A DNA stretch of 60,194 nt from a virus (lineage: Duplodnaviria; Caudoviricetes), in IMG/VR virus record IMGVR_UViG_3300001450_000036, positions 1 through 60,194 of that record, one strand, 5' to 3'. Of the stretch, positions 47,549 through 57,674 are shown one piece after another. Each line of letters starts with the position of its first letter. Within the stretch, counting starts at the first letter, position 1. The notes beneath the pieces are model-generated. The model ran no database searches, had not been told where the DNA came from, and saw only the letters and a list, made by a program, of their open reading frames with translations. The position numbers were made by a program, and so were the translations under genes.

Positions 47549-49337
47549 TATACATGTTTAAAATATTTATGGTACTTGCACTGTACTCGGGTAGTGTTAG
47601 TATTGGCCCTATAGGTTCAATCATAAATTCCAAAGTATGACTAGGATAATGTGCGTCATTAAGATATGGGTAAGTTACTCCATTTTTTTCTTCTTCAAAA
47701 TAACCAACAGGTAGTAATGGACGCCATCTAAACGTACCTTCAACTAAAGAATAAGTAGAGTATTGTGGTGATGTAAATAGTGTATCATTAAAATTAATAC
47801 CGTTAGATAACTTTCTTATCGGTATACGATGATGAGGTTGGTACTTGTATAGGGATTTTATGTACGGGTTGGATTGACTTCCTGACCCTAGAGCTGCGGG
47901 GTTAAATTTAAGTGAGTGCCCCAACTCCGATATTACCCTTTCTTTTATTTCATATGGGTTATACTCAACAAAAGCACCCCTATATGTTGTACCACTAACA
48001 GGTAGTGGGTCTACCCCATTTGTATTTGTTTGAATTATGTTTGTTGGGTTAGTTCCATTATTTACGAACGGGTCTATAAAACCGTTTTTTCTAAAATTCC
48101 AACCCCAACCATAACCACAAGGTGAATTTCCACTTTCATAATCCCAAATTAAATTTCTATTACTAGCAAGAATAGTTAGGTATAAATCAATTACTGGACG
48201 ATTTAGATTATCATAATACATACTTCTATCTATATCTTCAGTTATGGTCCACAAAAAAGATTTAAACTCCTCCTTAATTACTGTTTTTCCTGGATATCCC
48301 GGGGGGGTTTTACGGCCTTTAAATACCCTACCTTTTCTATTATATATCCCATTTTCAAACCCTGTTCTACCTAAGGTGTAGTCTCTGGGGTTGGTTATTA
48401 GTTTATGTTCATGAGTATAGTACTCACTTTTAGTTTCTGGGTTTTGTGGGTTCACAAATCTTTTTAGTACACCAACCCCATTTGTTGGCATTGCGGTACC
48501 ACCCCCAGCATTAATAGTTGTATTAATTAATCCTCGTGTGTTTATGTTTATTATATACTTATCGGAACCCGCTAGTTCATTACCTAGTGAGTCTACTTCA
48601 AACAAAGTTTGTACTCTCGTGTTCAGAGTACCAAAAACATTTACTTGTAAAACAATACTCCCAATAAAATCTACACCCCCAAAAGAAAATGTTTGACCAC
48701 CTACTTCAGGTTGTAATTCTATGTACTCCCCAGGTATCAATCCGTGAGGTACTGGGGTTGTTATTCTTAAAATTTCTTTTCCTTGGTCGTGGGTTACCTC
48801 TAAGTCAAAAGGAATCCCACTACTAGATATAAAATTTAGTCCTTGGTTTGGATTATAGTTACTATAGTAGGTCATGTGTTGACTTGTATTAGCAGAGTGA
48901 ACATATGATATATATAATAACCAGTTATCTTGAAAGCTCACTAAATCCTCATAGTTAAATGTTTTAGTTGATGGTCCAAATGGCCCAGGAGGCATAAAAT
49001 CAAAAGTTTTTGCTGGGGGTAACCCTAAACATGGGGCGTTATTACACCCTATAAAGTCAGGTAAAAAGTACATACTTTCTAAAGAATCCACATCAGAAGT
49101 TACTCCTGTTATTATATTTTCATATAACACATCTATTTTACCGTACAATCTATAAAATTGGGAGTAGTCACGTTCAAAATTAAATTGTTCTACAACATTT
49201 AATACTCTATTTCTATCACCTTGTATTAAAGTTCTTTTTTCCGAAGTAATTAATGGTTGTAGGGATACGTCAAAATCTTTAGCTCCTTTATATTTGGAAC
49301 TACCTTTTACTATCCTTATGTTTTTTCTATTACTCAT
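47532..49337 (-). CDS. Structural-module hypothetical protein
   Basis: 601 aa. TPVPHGLIPGEYI resembles the HGL-x-x-G beta-barrel motif of phage tail proteins. Confidence 0.75.
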   Translation of the reverse strand: MSNRKNIRIVKGSSKYKGAKDFDVSLQPLITSEKRTLIQGDRNRVLNVVEQFNFERDYSQFYRLYGKIDVLYENIITGVTSDVDSLESMYFLPDFIGCNNAPCLGLPPAKTFDFMPPGPFGPSTKTFNYEDLVSFQDNWLLYISYVHSANTSQHMTYYSNYNPNQGLNFISSSGIPFDLEVTHDQGKEILRITTPVPHGLIPGEYIELQPEVGGQTFSFGGVDFIGSIVLQVNVFGTLNTRVQTLFEVDSLGNELAGSDKYIININTRGLINTTINAGGGTAMPTNGVGVLKRFVNPQNPETKSEYYTHEHKLITNPRDYTLGRTGFENGIYNRKGRVFKGRKTPPGYPGKTVIKEEFKSFLWTITEDIDRSMYYDNLNRPVIDLYLTILASNRNLIWDYESGNSPCGYGWGWNFRKNGFIDPFVNNGTNPTNIIQTNTNGVDPLPVSGTTYRGAFVEYNPYEIKERVISELGHSLKFNPAALGSGSQSNPYIKSLYKYQPHHRIPIRKLSNGINFNDTLFTSPQYSTYSLVEGTFRWRPLLPVGYFEEEKNGVTYPYLNDAHYPSHTLEFMIEPIGPILTLPEYSASTINILNMYSDGCQ

Positions 49338-52300
49338 TAGACTACTGTATCAGATAATTCTTCATCAACATATAACCTAATAAAAGTATTATATGACGTT
49401 GCTCCTGGTCTCAAACCAAAGTAATAAAATAGTGGTTGTGAGAAATTTATTTGACTTGCACTATCGGGGGTAAGAATTGGGAACTGAGTTGCTCCGGTAA
49501 ATCCTATATCAAATCCCATGTTATTTTGGAAGGATGATGCTGGTGGTAAATTATTATAGGTAAATGTTACCCCTGGTGTTAAACTTAATCCAGGCACAAT
49601 AGACATTCCTTGAGCGGGTGCTATAGCCATTCTATTAGCGTATTTACCTGTTGTGTACATCCAATCATTAAAAGTACCTCCAAAACCTGAACCTGGACTA
49701 CGTATAATCCAAGGATAAAAAGGTACTGTTTGACTACTAGCAGACAAATCTAATGTAGCACAATTAATTAAATCTTCACCACTCATCATTATTTGAGTTG
49801 ATGAGGTAAATAATAGTGGTTCCCATTGAATAACTGCTGAACCACCAAAACTCATCGTACCCCAATCAACATTAATAGCGTTATCAACATAAGTCCCATC
49901 AATGTCGTTAGCTGGTGGATATTCCATACCTGGAATAGGTAATAATGTATCGGTAGGAGATTGGCAATCACATACGGTTTGACTCATATTAGTTTCATAC
50001 CCAAACACACCTAACATACAATTTTGCATCAATGCTTGTGCCATATCACCACCTATTTCTTTTTCTGGTCTACTAAACATAGTCTCCTTCATAAAACTTG
50101 GACTATATTGTTTTAGGTTATATGAATCTGCCACCAAATCAGTTATGTTTTGGAATGTTGTACTACCTATTTGGTCGGTTATTGAACATTCCTCAGCATA
50201 TGATGGGTCTAAACATATTTGTTGTATACATTGATTTCTAGAACCCATATCTGTCATAGTAGTAGGAAATAATATATGTCTGTCCATATCTCCTTTTGAG
50301 TGTAGGTCGTCTGATTGGTTCCCACTTTGGAACCATAGGGACATTACTCCGTCAGTATCCCCTAAAAAGTTACCGGTACTTGCTCCCATAACTCTAAATG
50401 GTGTTGACCTGTAATAAAACACATTGTCTATCGGGTGGAGGTACACCACTTTTCTACAAAATTTAGAATCTACCATGTAGGTGTCATTTGTTTCTCCATT
50501 CCAAAACGCGGTATATCCGTTTGTTGTTAATTCTAATTTTGCTTTAAATTGGAATTGGTATAAGAATCCACTTACCCAATTATTTTCCCAGAAATAATTC
50601 ATTATTCCGTTACATAAAGCTGATGATAATTTTTCTCTTTTTGTCCACTCGTATAAAACTCTCATGTCTAGATTTTCTAATAAACATGCAGGGTTAAAAC
50701 ATATTATTTTAACATAACACCCACCAGCAGCATAACCATCACTAACAGTACTAGGTGAATATACTTCAGAGTTAAACCCGTAAGTATTAGCACAACAAAC
50801 TACATCTTCTGATGTTTCACTCGGGGGACTTGTAGGGTAAACTCCTTGTCCACAACAATCATGAGACCATTTCATTTCTATACCCATTCCACCTGCACCC
50901 GCTGCATTCCCAACAGGACATGGTGCTACTGCTGCTGTAGAACCACTACTAGGTACACCGTCTGGACAAGGTGCGTTTTGTGACAATATATCAAATTCAC
51001 CACTAGCTGAAGGTCTACACGAACATTTTTCACATTCTGGGTATTTTGTTTGTCTTAAAGAAAACAAAACAAAACCAATTCTTAGACCAAAATACATACA
51101 CTCAATACCACAACCAAAACCAGTTAGATTTATTTGTCCACAAAGTTGTGGTGGTGTGGGGGCAAAATTACTAAAATTTAAGACTGTAAAGAAGGTGTTA
51201 AATGGCCATCCTAAATATATTCCTAGGGTTAAACCATACACCCAACACCATAGTGAACAAAATGCGAATATAATAAACAACACTATCCCTAATATCAAAC
51301 CTAATATTACAGCAAGTAAACTTACTACTAAATTTACCAATAGGTATATCATACCTAAAAAACTTATAAAGAAATCATTTAGATATAACACAAATTTCAT
51401 TCTTCTAACTGCACTATTGACTGGGAAGAACATTGCTGAGGTTGCACATTGTTGTTCCATTTCTGGTAAAATTTCTTTTATACCTATAAACTGTCTTCTA
51501 CCGTTATGTTTAACATGGTCATGAAATTGAGCACATGTATATACTCGATTAAATGTCATGTCATAAAAGACATCTTCTGCACCCGGCATAAGATGTCGTT
51601 GAGCGTAACCATGATAATCAGAGTAATCTATAGAAAAAGCATAACTTCTTGGGTCAATTCCAGGCCAATCTCCATCGTTATTTGATTGGGTGTTAAATTC
51701 TCTGATGTTAGGTACTAGATGTGCACCTGACCGTCTTTGTCTTGCACTACCCCTAGTTTGTTCGGGTTTAACCCTAAATCTACATCTTGACCTAGTAGGT
51801 ACTCCTTTGGTGGGGTCTTTTGATAGTACTAGGTCACCAAACTCATTAGTTATTACATGGTCCAAATTCATTGGTACATGCACTAAAAAGGCTCCGTCAT
51901 TATCAATTACCCTACCCCCATTTTCAAAATAAAACCGTTCTAGTACTGGTACTTTCCCACCAATGGGTGGTCCAGTATAAGTCTCACCGTCATAGGTTGG
52001 GAAAGCTTTGGGGTCATCTTTAAAAAAGGGTGTATACCTTATACAGTCTATAATACCTGGTTGTGTTATTATACTACATAACTCACCCATGTGTCTTTTG
52101 GGACGACATTGTCTATTAATTGAGTCTTTATCTGTATCTTGTGCGGTACTTCCCATAAATACAGATGTCGGTTCTAACTTAAATCCGGAATTACCTAAAT
52201 CAAAGTCTACTCTTGTAATCGCCGCTCTACATTGTTCTTCGTCACCCCAAAAAGGTTTGATGTCAATTGTTTTAGTTTGGTTTACAATTTGTGGTAGAGA

Positions 52301-52918
52301 ATCTATTTCAGAATCTGTCCTAAATTGTGGTCCATCAAAATCTGACTCTGGAAATCCTTTAAGTTTAAAATCTTGTGGTAATAAAGAAAAACAACCTATA
52401 TCACTTAAATCCACGTCCATGACTATGTTTTGAGAGCCGTTAGGGACTCCGTATATCATAAAGTCACCGGATTCATTAGTTTTTACCGTAAATTTATAAT
52501 ATTTGTCATATATGTATTTTACTTCTTGTTGTGTTAGTACTGAATTTAGTGTTGGAAAACTACCTACTGCTGTATGACAATCAAAGTTTTTTTCTGAACT
52601 TAGTAGATTGTACCTAACACCATCTTCGTTTTTTTCATATGGTTGTTTGTATGGGTATAAAAATTTAACCACTTCATTATCTTCGTCCTCCTCTTGTAGG
52701 GGAATAAAAATAGATACTTTTGCGTTAGGGATACCAAATCCATTATTTGCTGTTACCCTACCGACTACCACACCAAAATCAGCACACATCCTCGTATACA
52801 CTTCTTGTTGCGTTAAAGAAAGACTAAGAATCTCTAATAAATCAAATTTTTGATTTAATTCAAAAGTTACATTCTTATCTTTACCTACTTCTGTTCTTAC
52901 TCTAAAAGATTTACTCAT
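49337..52918 (-). CDS. Baseplate-associated protein with prealbumin/carboxypeptidase-regulatory-like N-terminus and long hydrophobic segment
   Basis: GVVVGRVTANNGFGIPNAKVSI...TNESGDFMIYGVPNG. Central hydrophobic stretch of about 60 aa, then a Cys-rich region. Confidence 0.7.
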   Translation of the reverse strand: MSKSFRVRTEVGKDKNVTFELNQKFDLLEILSLSLTQQEVYTRMCADFGVVVGRVTANNGFGIPNAKVSIFIPLQEEDEDNEVVKFLYPYKQPYEKNEDGVRYNLLSSEKNFDCHTAVGSFPTLNSVLTQQEVKYIYDKYYKFTVKTNESGDFMIYGVPNGSQNIVMDVDLSDIGCFSLLPQDFKLKGFPESDFDGPQFRTDSEIDSLPQIVNQTKTIDIKPFWGDEEQCRAAITRVDFDLGNSGFKLEPTSVFMGSTAQDTDKDSINRQCRPKRHMGELCSIITQPGIIDCIRYTPFFKDDPKAFPTYDGETYTGPPIGGKVPVLERFYFENGGRVIDNDGAFLVHVPMNLDHVITNEFGDLVLSKDPTKGVPTRSRCRFRVKPEQTRGSARQRRSGAHLVPNIREFNTQSNNDGDWPGIDPRSYAFSIDYSDYHGYAQRHLMPGAEDVFYDMTFNRVYTCAQFHDHVKHNGRRQFIGIKEILPEMEQQCATSAMFFPVNSAVRRMKFVLYLNDFFISFLGMIYLLVNLVVSLLAVILGLILGIVLFIIFAFCSLWCWVYGLTLGIYLGWPFNTFFTVLNFSNFAPTPPQLCGQINLTGFGCGIECMYFGLRIGFVLFSLRQTKYPECEKCSCRPSASGEFDILSQNAPCPDGVPSSGSTAAVAPCPVGNAAGAGGMGIEMKWSHDCCGQGVYPTSPPSETSEDVVCCANTYGFNSEVYSPSTVSDGYAAGGCYVKIICFNPACLLENLDMRVLYEWTKREKLSSALCNGIMNYFWENNWVSGFLYQFQFKAKLELTTNGYTAFWNGETNDTYMVDSKFCRKVVYLHPIDNVFYYRSTPFRVMGASTGNFLGDTDGVMSLWFQSGNQSDDLHSKGDMDRHILFPTTMTDMGSRNQCIQQICLDPSYAEECSITDQIGSTTFQNITDLVADSYNLKQYSPSFMKETMFSRPEKEIGGDMAQALMQNCMLGVFGYETNMSQTVCDCQSPTDTLLPIPGMEYPPANDIDGTYVDNAINVDWGTMSFGGSAVIQWEPLLFTSSTQIMMSGEDLINCATLDLSASSQTVPFYPWIIRSPGSGFGGTFNDWMYTTGKYANRMAIAPAQGMSIVPGLSLTPGVTFTYNNLPPASSFQNNMGFDIGFTGATQFPILTPDSASQINFSQPLFYYFGLRPGATSYNTFIRLYVDEELSDTVV

Positions 52919-53017
52919 ATATAATAAAAAATTATCTAAAATAGATTTATACTATCTATGAAATAAATAGTTCAACCCTTAAAAGTAAAAGTAATTAGTT
53001 ACTTGATATAGTAAAGT

Positions 53018-54859
53018 TTAGGTGAAGGTTGGTTTGTTTGGTTTTCTTACTCTAATAGCTATGTCTTTCTCTGGGTACCTCACTTGTAGTATCTCATCTG
53101 GTTGAGCATAAATAGTATCGTCTAGTAAGGCTATTTCCCTCGTACTGTTATTACCGTAGGGTTGGGAGGTTATTGATTGGGAGTATTGTCCACCTACTTT
53201 ATTATATATTCTTAGGTTTACAATGTTTAGGACACCTGGTTGGTTCATTATTTGACTTCTTAGTTCACCTAATGATAGGTCTTGTCCCATTTCTATTCTG
53301 TTAATATTAAAGTAGTTAGTTACTTGTTCAACTACATTACCTACTATAGCTCCGGAATTAAAAGAGTCTTCTATAATTAAATCTATCAAGAAAGATATGT
53401 CAATGACTTTCGCTGGGCCTACCACAATATAATCATTCATCATTCTATAGTTAGATAGATAAGTCGCGATATTATTTTTTAGGGTACTGGTTACCTCGGA
53501 GGTTAATTTACCATCAGGTGTGTACGATAGTATATTTAATATAACTTTATTCTCTAGTTCTGTCACACCTACTTTTGCTGGTGCACCAAACGTACTAGGC
53601 ATCATACGTAGTTTTGCTACATAATCATTTATTGTCACAGCTCTATTTTGTGCCGCAAAGTTATAGGAAATATAATTTCTTATTTCTTCTACAGACATGG
53701 GGTCAGCACCACCTATCGCGGATGTTACATTGGTAACGGCTAAACTATCTATTACTGATTGGTTAATCTGTCCATTAGGTCCAGCTACTACAAAATTTAC
53801 CTTACCCACATTAGTTATGGCACCAGCACCTAAATTAGAAACTTTACCACCACCAATTCTATATTGTATGAATAATGTACTATTTCCTTGTACCATATTA
53901 CCTAAAGCAATATTATTCATGTATTGGGACATATTTAGTTTTACACCTTTTTTTGCAAAATCGTCTAGTAGGTCTTGGGAGGTTTGATTACCACCACCAA
54001 AAGTTAAAAAGAAGTATCCTTGTGGGGTGTATTGGGTTGTAAATCTTTGATTAACTTCTAAGTATTTTCCTACTTTACTACCTACCTCATCTGAAGGCAT
54101 AGATGGGTCTTCCACAAAAACTTCATCTTGAGCCAAAGCTTCAACTTCATACCATTTATTATTATTTAAAGCCAAGAACTCGGCATTTGTTGGTAGTGTT
54201 TGATAACCTAATCCTGATTTTTGCATTACCGATGTTACACCAACTACATTTCTTTCTGGCAAAAATAGTTCATAAAAAGGTGTGGTTAAAGAATCTGTTA
54301 TTTCTTTTTTAAATACTTTTGTAACACCATTAACAATAACTTCTCTCTTAATAATAGTGTAATTTTGTATAATACCATTAACATCTCTATTAGGTATTTT
54401 AGTTCTATTTACTATACCTTCTACATTGTACTGGGTAGAAAAATCACAGTCGTTCACCAATTCAAATATTTGTCCTGCACCTCTAAATTGTCCACCTCTA
54501 GTTATTTTACCTAAATACCTGAAGTCTTCTTTATCACCTAAAGCTGGTACTATAATTGATATGTCCGCTACTGTAATAGAAGGTCTATTACCAGGTATTT
54601 TTAACCCATAAGTTTTTGCTAAATTATATAAAGAACTACGTTCTTGTGCAAACTGTAGGGTTGTCTCTTGGAAGGTTCTATCTATCTGAAAATTAAGGTT
54701 GTCTGTTACCGCTGCGTTTAAGTCTAAAAATAAAGAATAGATTGATGCATCATTCGCGTTTTTAATTAGGTCTGGATAGTAGGTATTTGTAAGTCTTAAT
54801 AATTCGTTTCTTACACCTAGAAAGTCTCTTTCCGTATATGATATTTTTTTTTCTGCCAT
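53018..54859 (-). CDS. Baseplate wedge subunit (T4 gp6-like)
   Basis: YTERDF, AQERSSLYNLAKTYG, FGGG, YRIGGG, GGAD...QNRAVTINDY. Confidence 0.88.
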   Translation of the reverse strand: MAEKKISYTERDFLGVRNELLRLTNTYYPDLIKNANDASIYSLFLDLNAAVTDNLNFQIDRTFQETTLQFAQERSSLYNLAKTYGLKIPGNRPSITVADISIIVPALGDKEDFRYLGKITRGGQFRGAGQIFELVNDCDFSTQYNVEGIVNRTKIPNRDVNGIIQNYTIIKREVIVNGVTKVFKKEITDSLTTPFYELFLPERNVVGVTSVMQKSGLGYQTLPTNAEFLALNNNKWYEVEALAQDEVFVEDPSMPSDEVGSKVGKYLEVNQRFTTQYTPQGYFFLTFGGGNQTSQDLLDDFAKKGVKLNMSQYMNNIALGNMVQGNSTLFIQYRIGGGKVSNLGAGAITNVGKVNFVVAGPNGQINQSVIDSLAVTNVTSAIGGADPMSVEEIRNYISYNFAAQNRAVTINDYVAKLRMMPSTFGAPAKVGVTELENKVILNILSYTPDGKLTSEVTSTLKNNIATYLSNYRMMNDYIVVGPAKVIDISFLIDLIIEDSFNSGAIVGNVVEQVTNYFNINRIEMGQDLSLGELRSQIMNQPGVLNIVNLRIYNKVGGQYSQSITSQPYGNNSTREIALLDDTIYAQPDEILQVRYPEKDIAIRVRKPNKPTFT

Positions 54860-54860
54860 T

Positions 54861-55319
54861 TTATAAATTTATTATAACAAAATCTTTAGTTTCAAAAAAC
54901 CCATCCCCAGCACTATAATCAATACGTACTCTCATAGTATATTCTCTCTCATCTTCCCCAATAAAACTAAAACTATTATCGTTTATATTATCAGAAGTAT
55001 TATTTTTTTCTTCCAATCTTATATCTTCTGCGGTTTTAATATCAATCTTATTGACGACTAGGTTAGGCATGAATTTTTCTACCGCGTCTTTAATTTCATT
55101 ATTAATACCTACCCTTGTTGTTGTATCCATAGGTTCATAAATATACTTCATCAAATTTGTACCAAAATCTGGTAAAAAATACCTACTACCCTTAATAGTT
55201 AGAATTAAATGTATTAGACTAGACTTTACCTCAGAATTGGTTGTACTGTTTAATCCTAGAAAGAATCCTTCATTACTATCCGTAAATGGAAATGTTATAC
55301 CGTACTTTTGATTGGGCAT
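54861..55319 (-). CDS. Baseplate wedge subunit (T4 gp25 / GPW-like)
   Basis: GITFPF...LILTIKGSRYFLPDFGTNLMKYIYEP. Confidence 0.9.
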   Translation of the reverse strand: MPNQKYGITFPFTDSNEGFFLGLNSTTNSEVKSSLIHLILTIKGSRYFLPDFGTNLMKYIYEPMDTTTRVGINNEIKDAVEKFMPNLVVNKIDIKTAEDIRLEEKNNTSDNINDNSFSFIGEDEREYTMRVRIDYSAGDGFFETKDFVIINL

Positions 55320-55346
55320 GCTTTTTTATAATAAATACTTCAAAGA

Positions 55347-55586
55347 TTAATTTGGGGTGTAATATGTACCTTCTTCTTTATTCTTTAACTGTTTATTCAT
55401 TTTTTGGTGTTGTGGTACGTAGGGACAATGTTTACATCCATTACCACAACAACTACCTCTTTTTATATGATACTCCTCTGTCATTACCATAGTACCATTT
55501 TCCCAATAAAAATCTTTTGGTTGTAATTTTGGTTTTAAAAATTCTTTATAGTGTAGTTCACTAATCCAATCGTCTTTTCTATTCAT
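55347..55586 (-). CDS. DUF5522-like Cys-rich protein
   Basis: FYWENG..VMTEEYHIKRGSCCGNGCKHCPY. Confidence 0.8.
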   Translation of the reverse strand: MNRKDDWISELHYKEFLKPKLQPKDFYWENGTMVMTEEYHIKRGSCCGNGCKHCPYVPQHQKMNKQLKNKEEGTYYTPN

Positions 55587-55767
55587 TTTTCACTTCTTTT
55601 ATTTCTTCATTATGCCCACAGTGGGGACATATTATTAAAATAGGTACCTTTTTTTCATTTTTTGGTGCATCATTAGACAATAAATGGTAGTCGGAAATCG
55701 ACCACCATTTATCACATTTACCACAATTAAAATGGTATAAAATTTCTTTACTGACCTTATGCCTCAT
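55579..55767 (-). CDS. Zinc-ribbon protein
   Basis: CGKC...CPHCG. Confidence 0.7.
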   Translation of the reverse strand: MRHKVSKEILYHFNCGKCDKWWSISDYHLLSNDAPKNEKKVPILIICPHCGHNEEIKEVKNE

Positions 55768-57661
55768 CCAATTCCTTTTCTTCTTTTATAGATTTTAAAT
55801 CTACATCTATTTCACAAGTACCACCAGCACACGCTAATTCACCAGTTAAGTTTGTATTATCGTCTAATTCAACAACCATATTTAAATTAACATCTTTTAG
55901 GGATTCCATCATTTCTTCATATTGTTCTTTAGTAATATCTTCAAATGGAGCTTGTGTGTACGTTCCACCATTATATGGTAGTACCGATAAACCGTTATAG
56001 GATTTTCTATTTTCCCACATCCACTCACCAGCTGCGTTCCATTCGTGTTCTCTTAAAGAAACTGTAGCTGAAACGTTATGTGAGTTTGAGCCGTTTCTAT
56101 GTCCGGCTTTTACCCATTCGGTAGCGACTTTTTTAACTCTTTCTAGTAACTGGAATGGTGACTCAGTTCTCATAATCGAACCTTCTGGAGCCTTTTGTGG
56201 TATAGATATCACCGCAGTATCATGTGGTCTAAAATATTCATCTTCAACCAGTTCTGGGTGATTTTCATTCAAGTAAGTGTATATAGCTTCATTTTTACCC
56301 ACTCTAACTCTTCTAATATAGTAGTCGTTGTGCCATGCATGAATACCTGATGACGTACCTAATGTTAATGATGTTGTTCCTGCTGGTTTAACTGTTGTAC
56401 ATCTTGCAGATTGATTTATCTCAATTAACTTTGCTACTCTTGTATTTTCACGTTTAACTATACTTGCAGCTTTTTTCATATCATAGTTTAATACTTTTCC
56501 AGAACCTATACCTGTCATTGATACTCCTATAAGTGCATCTTTTTCAGTAGTTTGTTGCCACACCTCTCTTAGGTAATGGAACGAAGTATACCCCGCTTGT
56601 AGTGTTCCTATGAAGGATGCAACCTTTACTCTTTCATTTAGGTCTTCTTGTGATTCTATATTACTTACATTTACTTCACAAAGATTACAAAATTGATTTG
56701 GTCTTAAGGCAATTTCACAACAAGGATTTGTTCCCCAATCCTTATCATTATTTAGATATATTCCAGGTTCTCCAGCACCTGACAATTCAACTCTTTTCCA
56801 AAGGTCCATAAAAAATTCTTTGGTAATTTTGTGCCTCATTAAACAAGCTGAATTATTTGCTCTACCCCTTTGTGGGTTTAATTCCCACCAATTACCTGAT
56901 TTACAACCAATCATTTGTTCATCATCAGCACTAAATAACGATATAAGTGCTGCACGGCGAATACCGCCGGCCAATACGGCGTCAGCGATGTGACATACGA
57001 TATCATGTACTTCAATTGTTGTAAGGTGTTCTCCATTTTCTTTTTGGTTTAGTAGACCTTCAATTTTTACCAAACATTCTTTTAATGGTTGTGGTCCTGG
57101 TGCTTTTCCACCTGATGTTATTAATCTAGCTCCTTTTGGTCTAATATCCGAATAATCAAATTCTACTCTGCTTCCACCCCCATTCATATATGTTTTCATA
57201 AGAACTTTTATAGAGTCAGCCCAACCTTCAATAGAATCTCCTATTAAAAATCTTTTCTTTCTTTTTTGGTATGGTTTTTGTATTACCGGTAACTTAGCGA
57301 CGTGATGTCTCTGTACTGAGTACCCTACACCAGTACCACCTAACAATAAAAACATTGTTTCACTAAATGAATCAATATGTTCTATAGGTAGATACGCACA
57401 GTTATAAATTCTATTGGGTGAAATTTCTATTGGTTTGCCCCCAAATTGCATACTCCTCATTGAGGGTAAAACTTTCTTATCGTAAACAAATTTATATTTT
57501 TGTTCTATTTCTTCTTTTAGTTGTGGAAATTTTTTCTGGTGCATTTCCTTATTACGAGTAACTAGTTCTTCCCACGACTCTCTTCTATTTAACTCAGGTA
57601 GATATTTTGCGTACTTCATGTAAACAGTTATATCCGACAGAATCTTATTTGATACTTCCAT
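55757..57661 (-). CDS. nrdJ: Class II (adenosylcobalamin-dependent) ribonucleotide reductase
   Basis: YNCAY, GTGVG, GGIRRAA, TNPCCEI, CNLCE, VKPAGT, C-terminal CAGGTC. No beta-subunit gene nearby. Confidence 0.9.
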   Translation of the reverse strand: MEVSNKILSDITVYMKYAKYLPELNRRESWEELVTRNKEMHQKKFPQLKEEIEQKYKFVYDKKVLPSMRSMQFGGKPIEISPNRIYNCAYLPIEHIDSFSETMFLLLGGTGVGYSVQRHHVAKLPVIQKPYQKRKKRFLIGDSIEGWADSIKVLMKTYMNGGGSRVEFDYSDIRPKGARLITSGGKAPGPQPLKECLVKIEGLLNQKENGEHLTTIEVHDIVCHIADAVLAGGIRRAALISLFSADDEQMIGCKSGNWWELNPQRGRANNSACLMRHKITKEFFMDLWKRVELSGAGEPGIYLNNDKDWGTNPCCEIALRPNQFCNLCEVNVSNIESQEDLNERVKVASFIGTLQAGYTSFHYLREVWQQTTEKDALIGVSMTGIGSGKVLNYDMKKAASIVKRENTRVAKLIEINQSARCTTVKPAGTTSLTLGTSSGIHAWHNDYYIRRVRVGKNEAIYTYLNENHPELVEDEYFRPHDTAVISIPQKAPEGSIMRTESPFQLLERVKKVATEWVKAGHRNGSNSHNVSATVSLREHEWNAAGEWMWENRKSYNGLSVLPYNGGTYTQAPFEDITKEQYEEMMESLKDVNLNMVVELDDNTNLTGELACAGGTCEIDVDLKSIKEEKELDEA

Positions 57662-57674
57662 ATTTTTTATTTTG

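Noticed and set aside
52941-52959. ATAGAT-N7-ATCTAT inverted repeat as a terminator
   Set aside because: The stem is short and AT-rich, expected by chance, and has no convincing U-tract.
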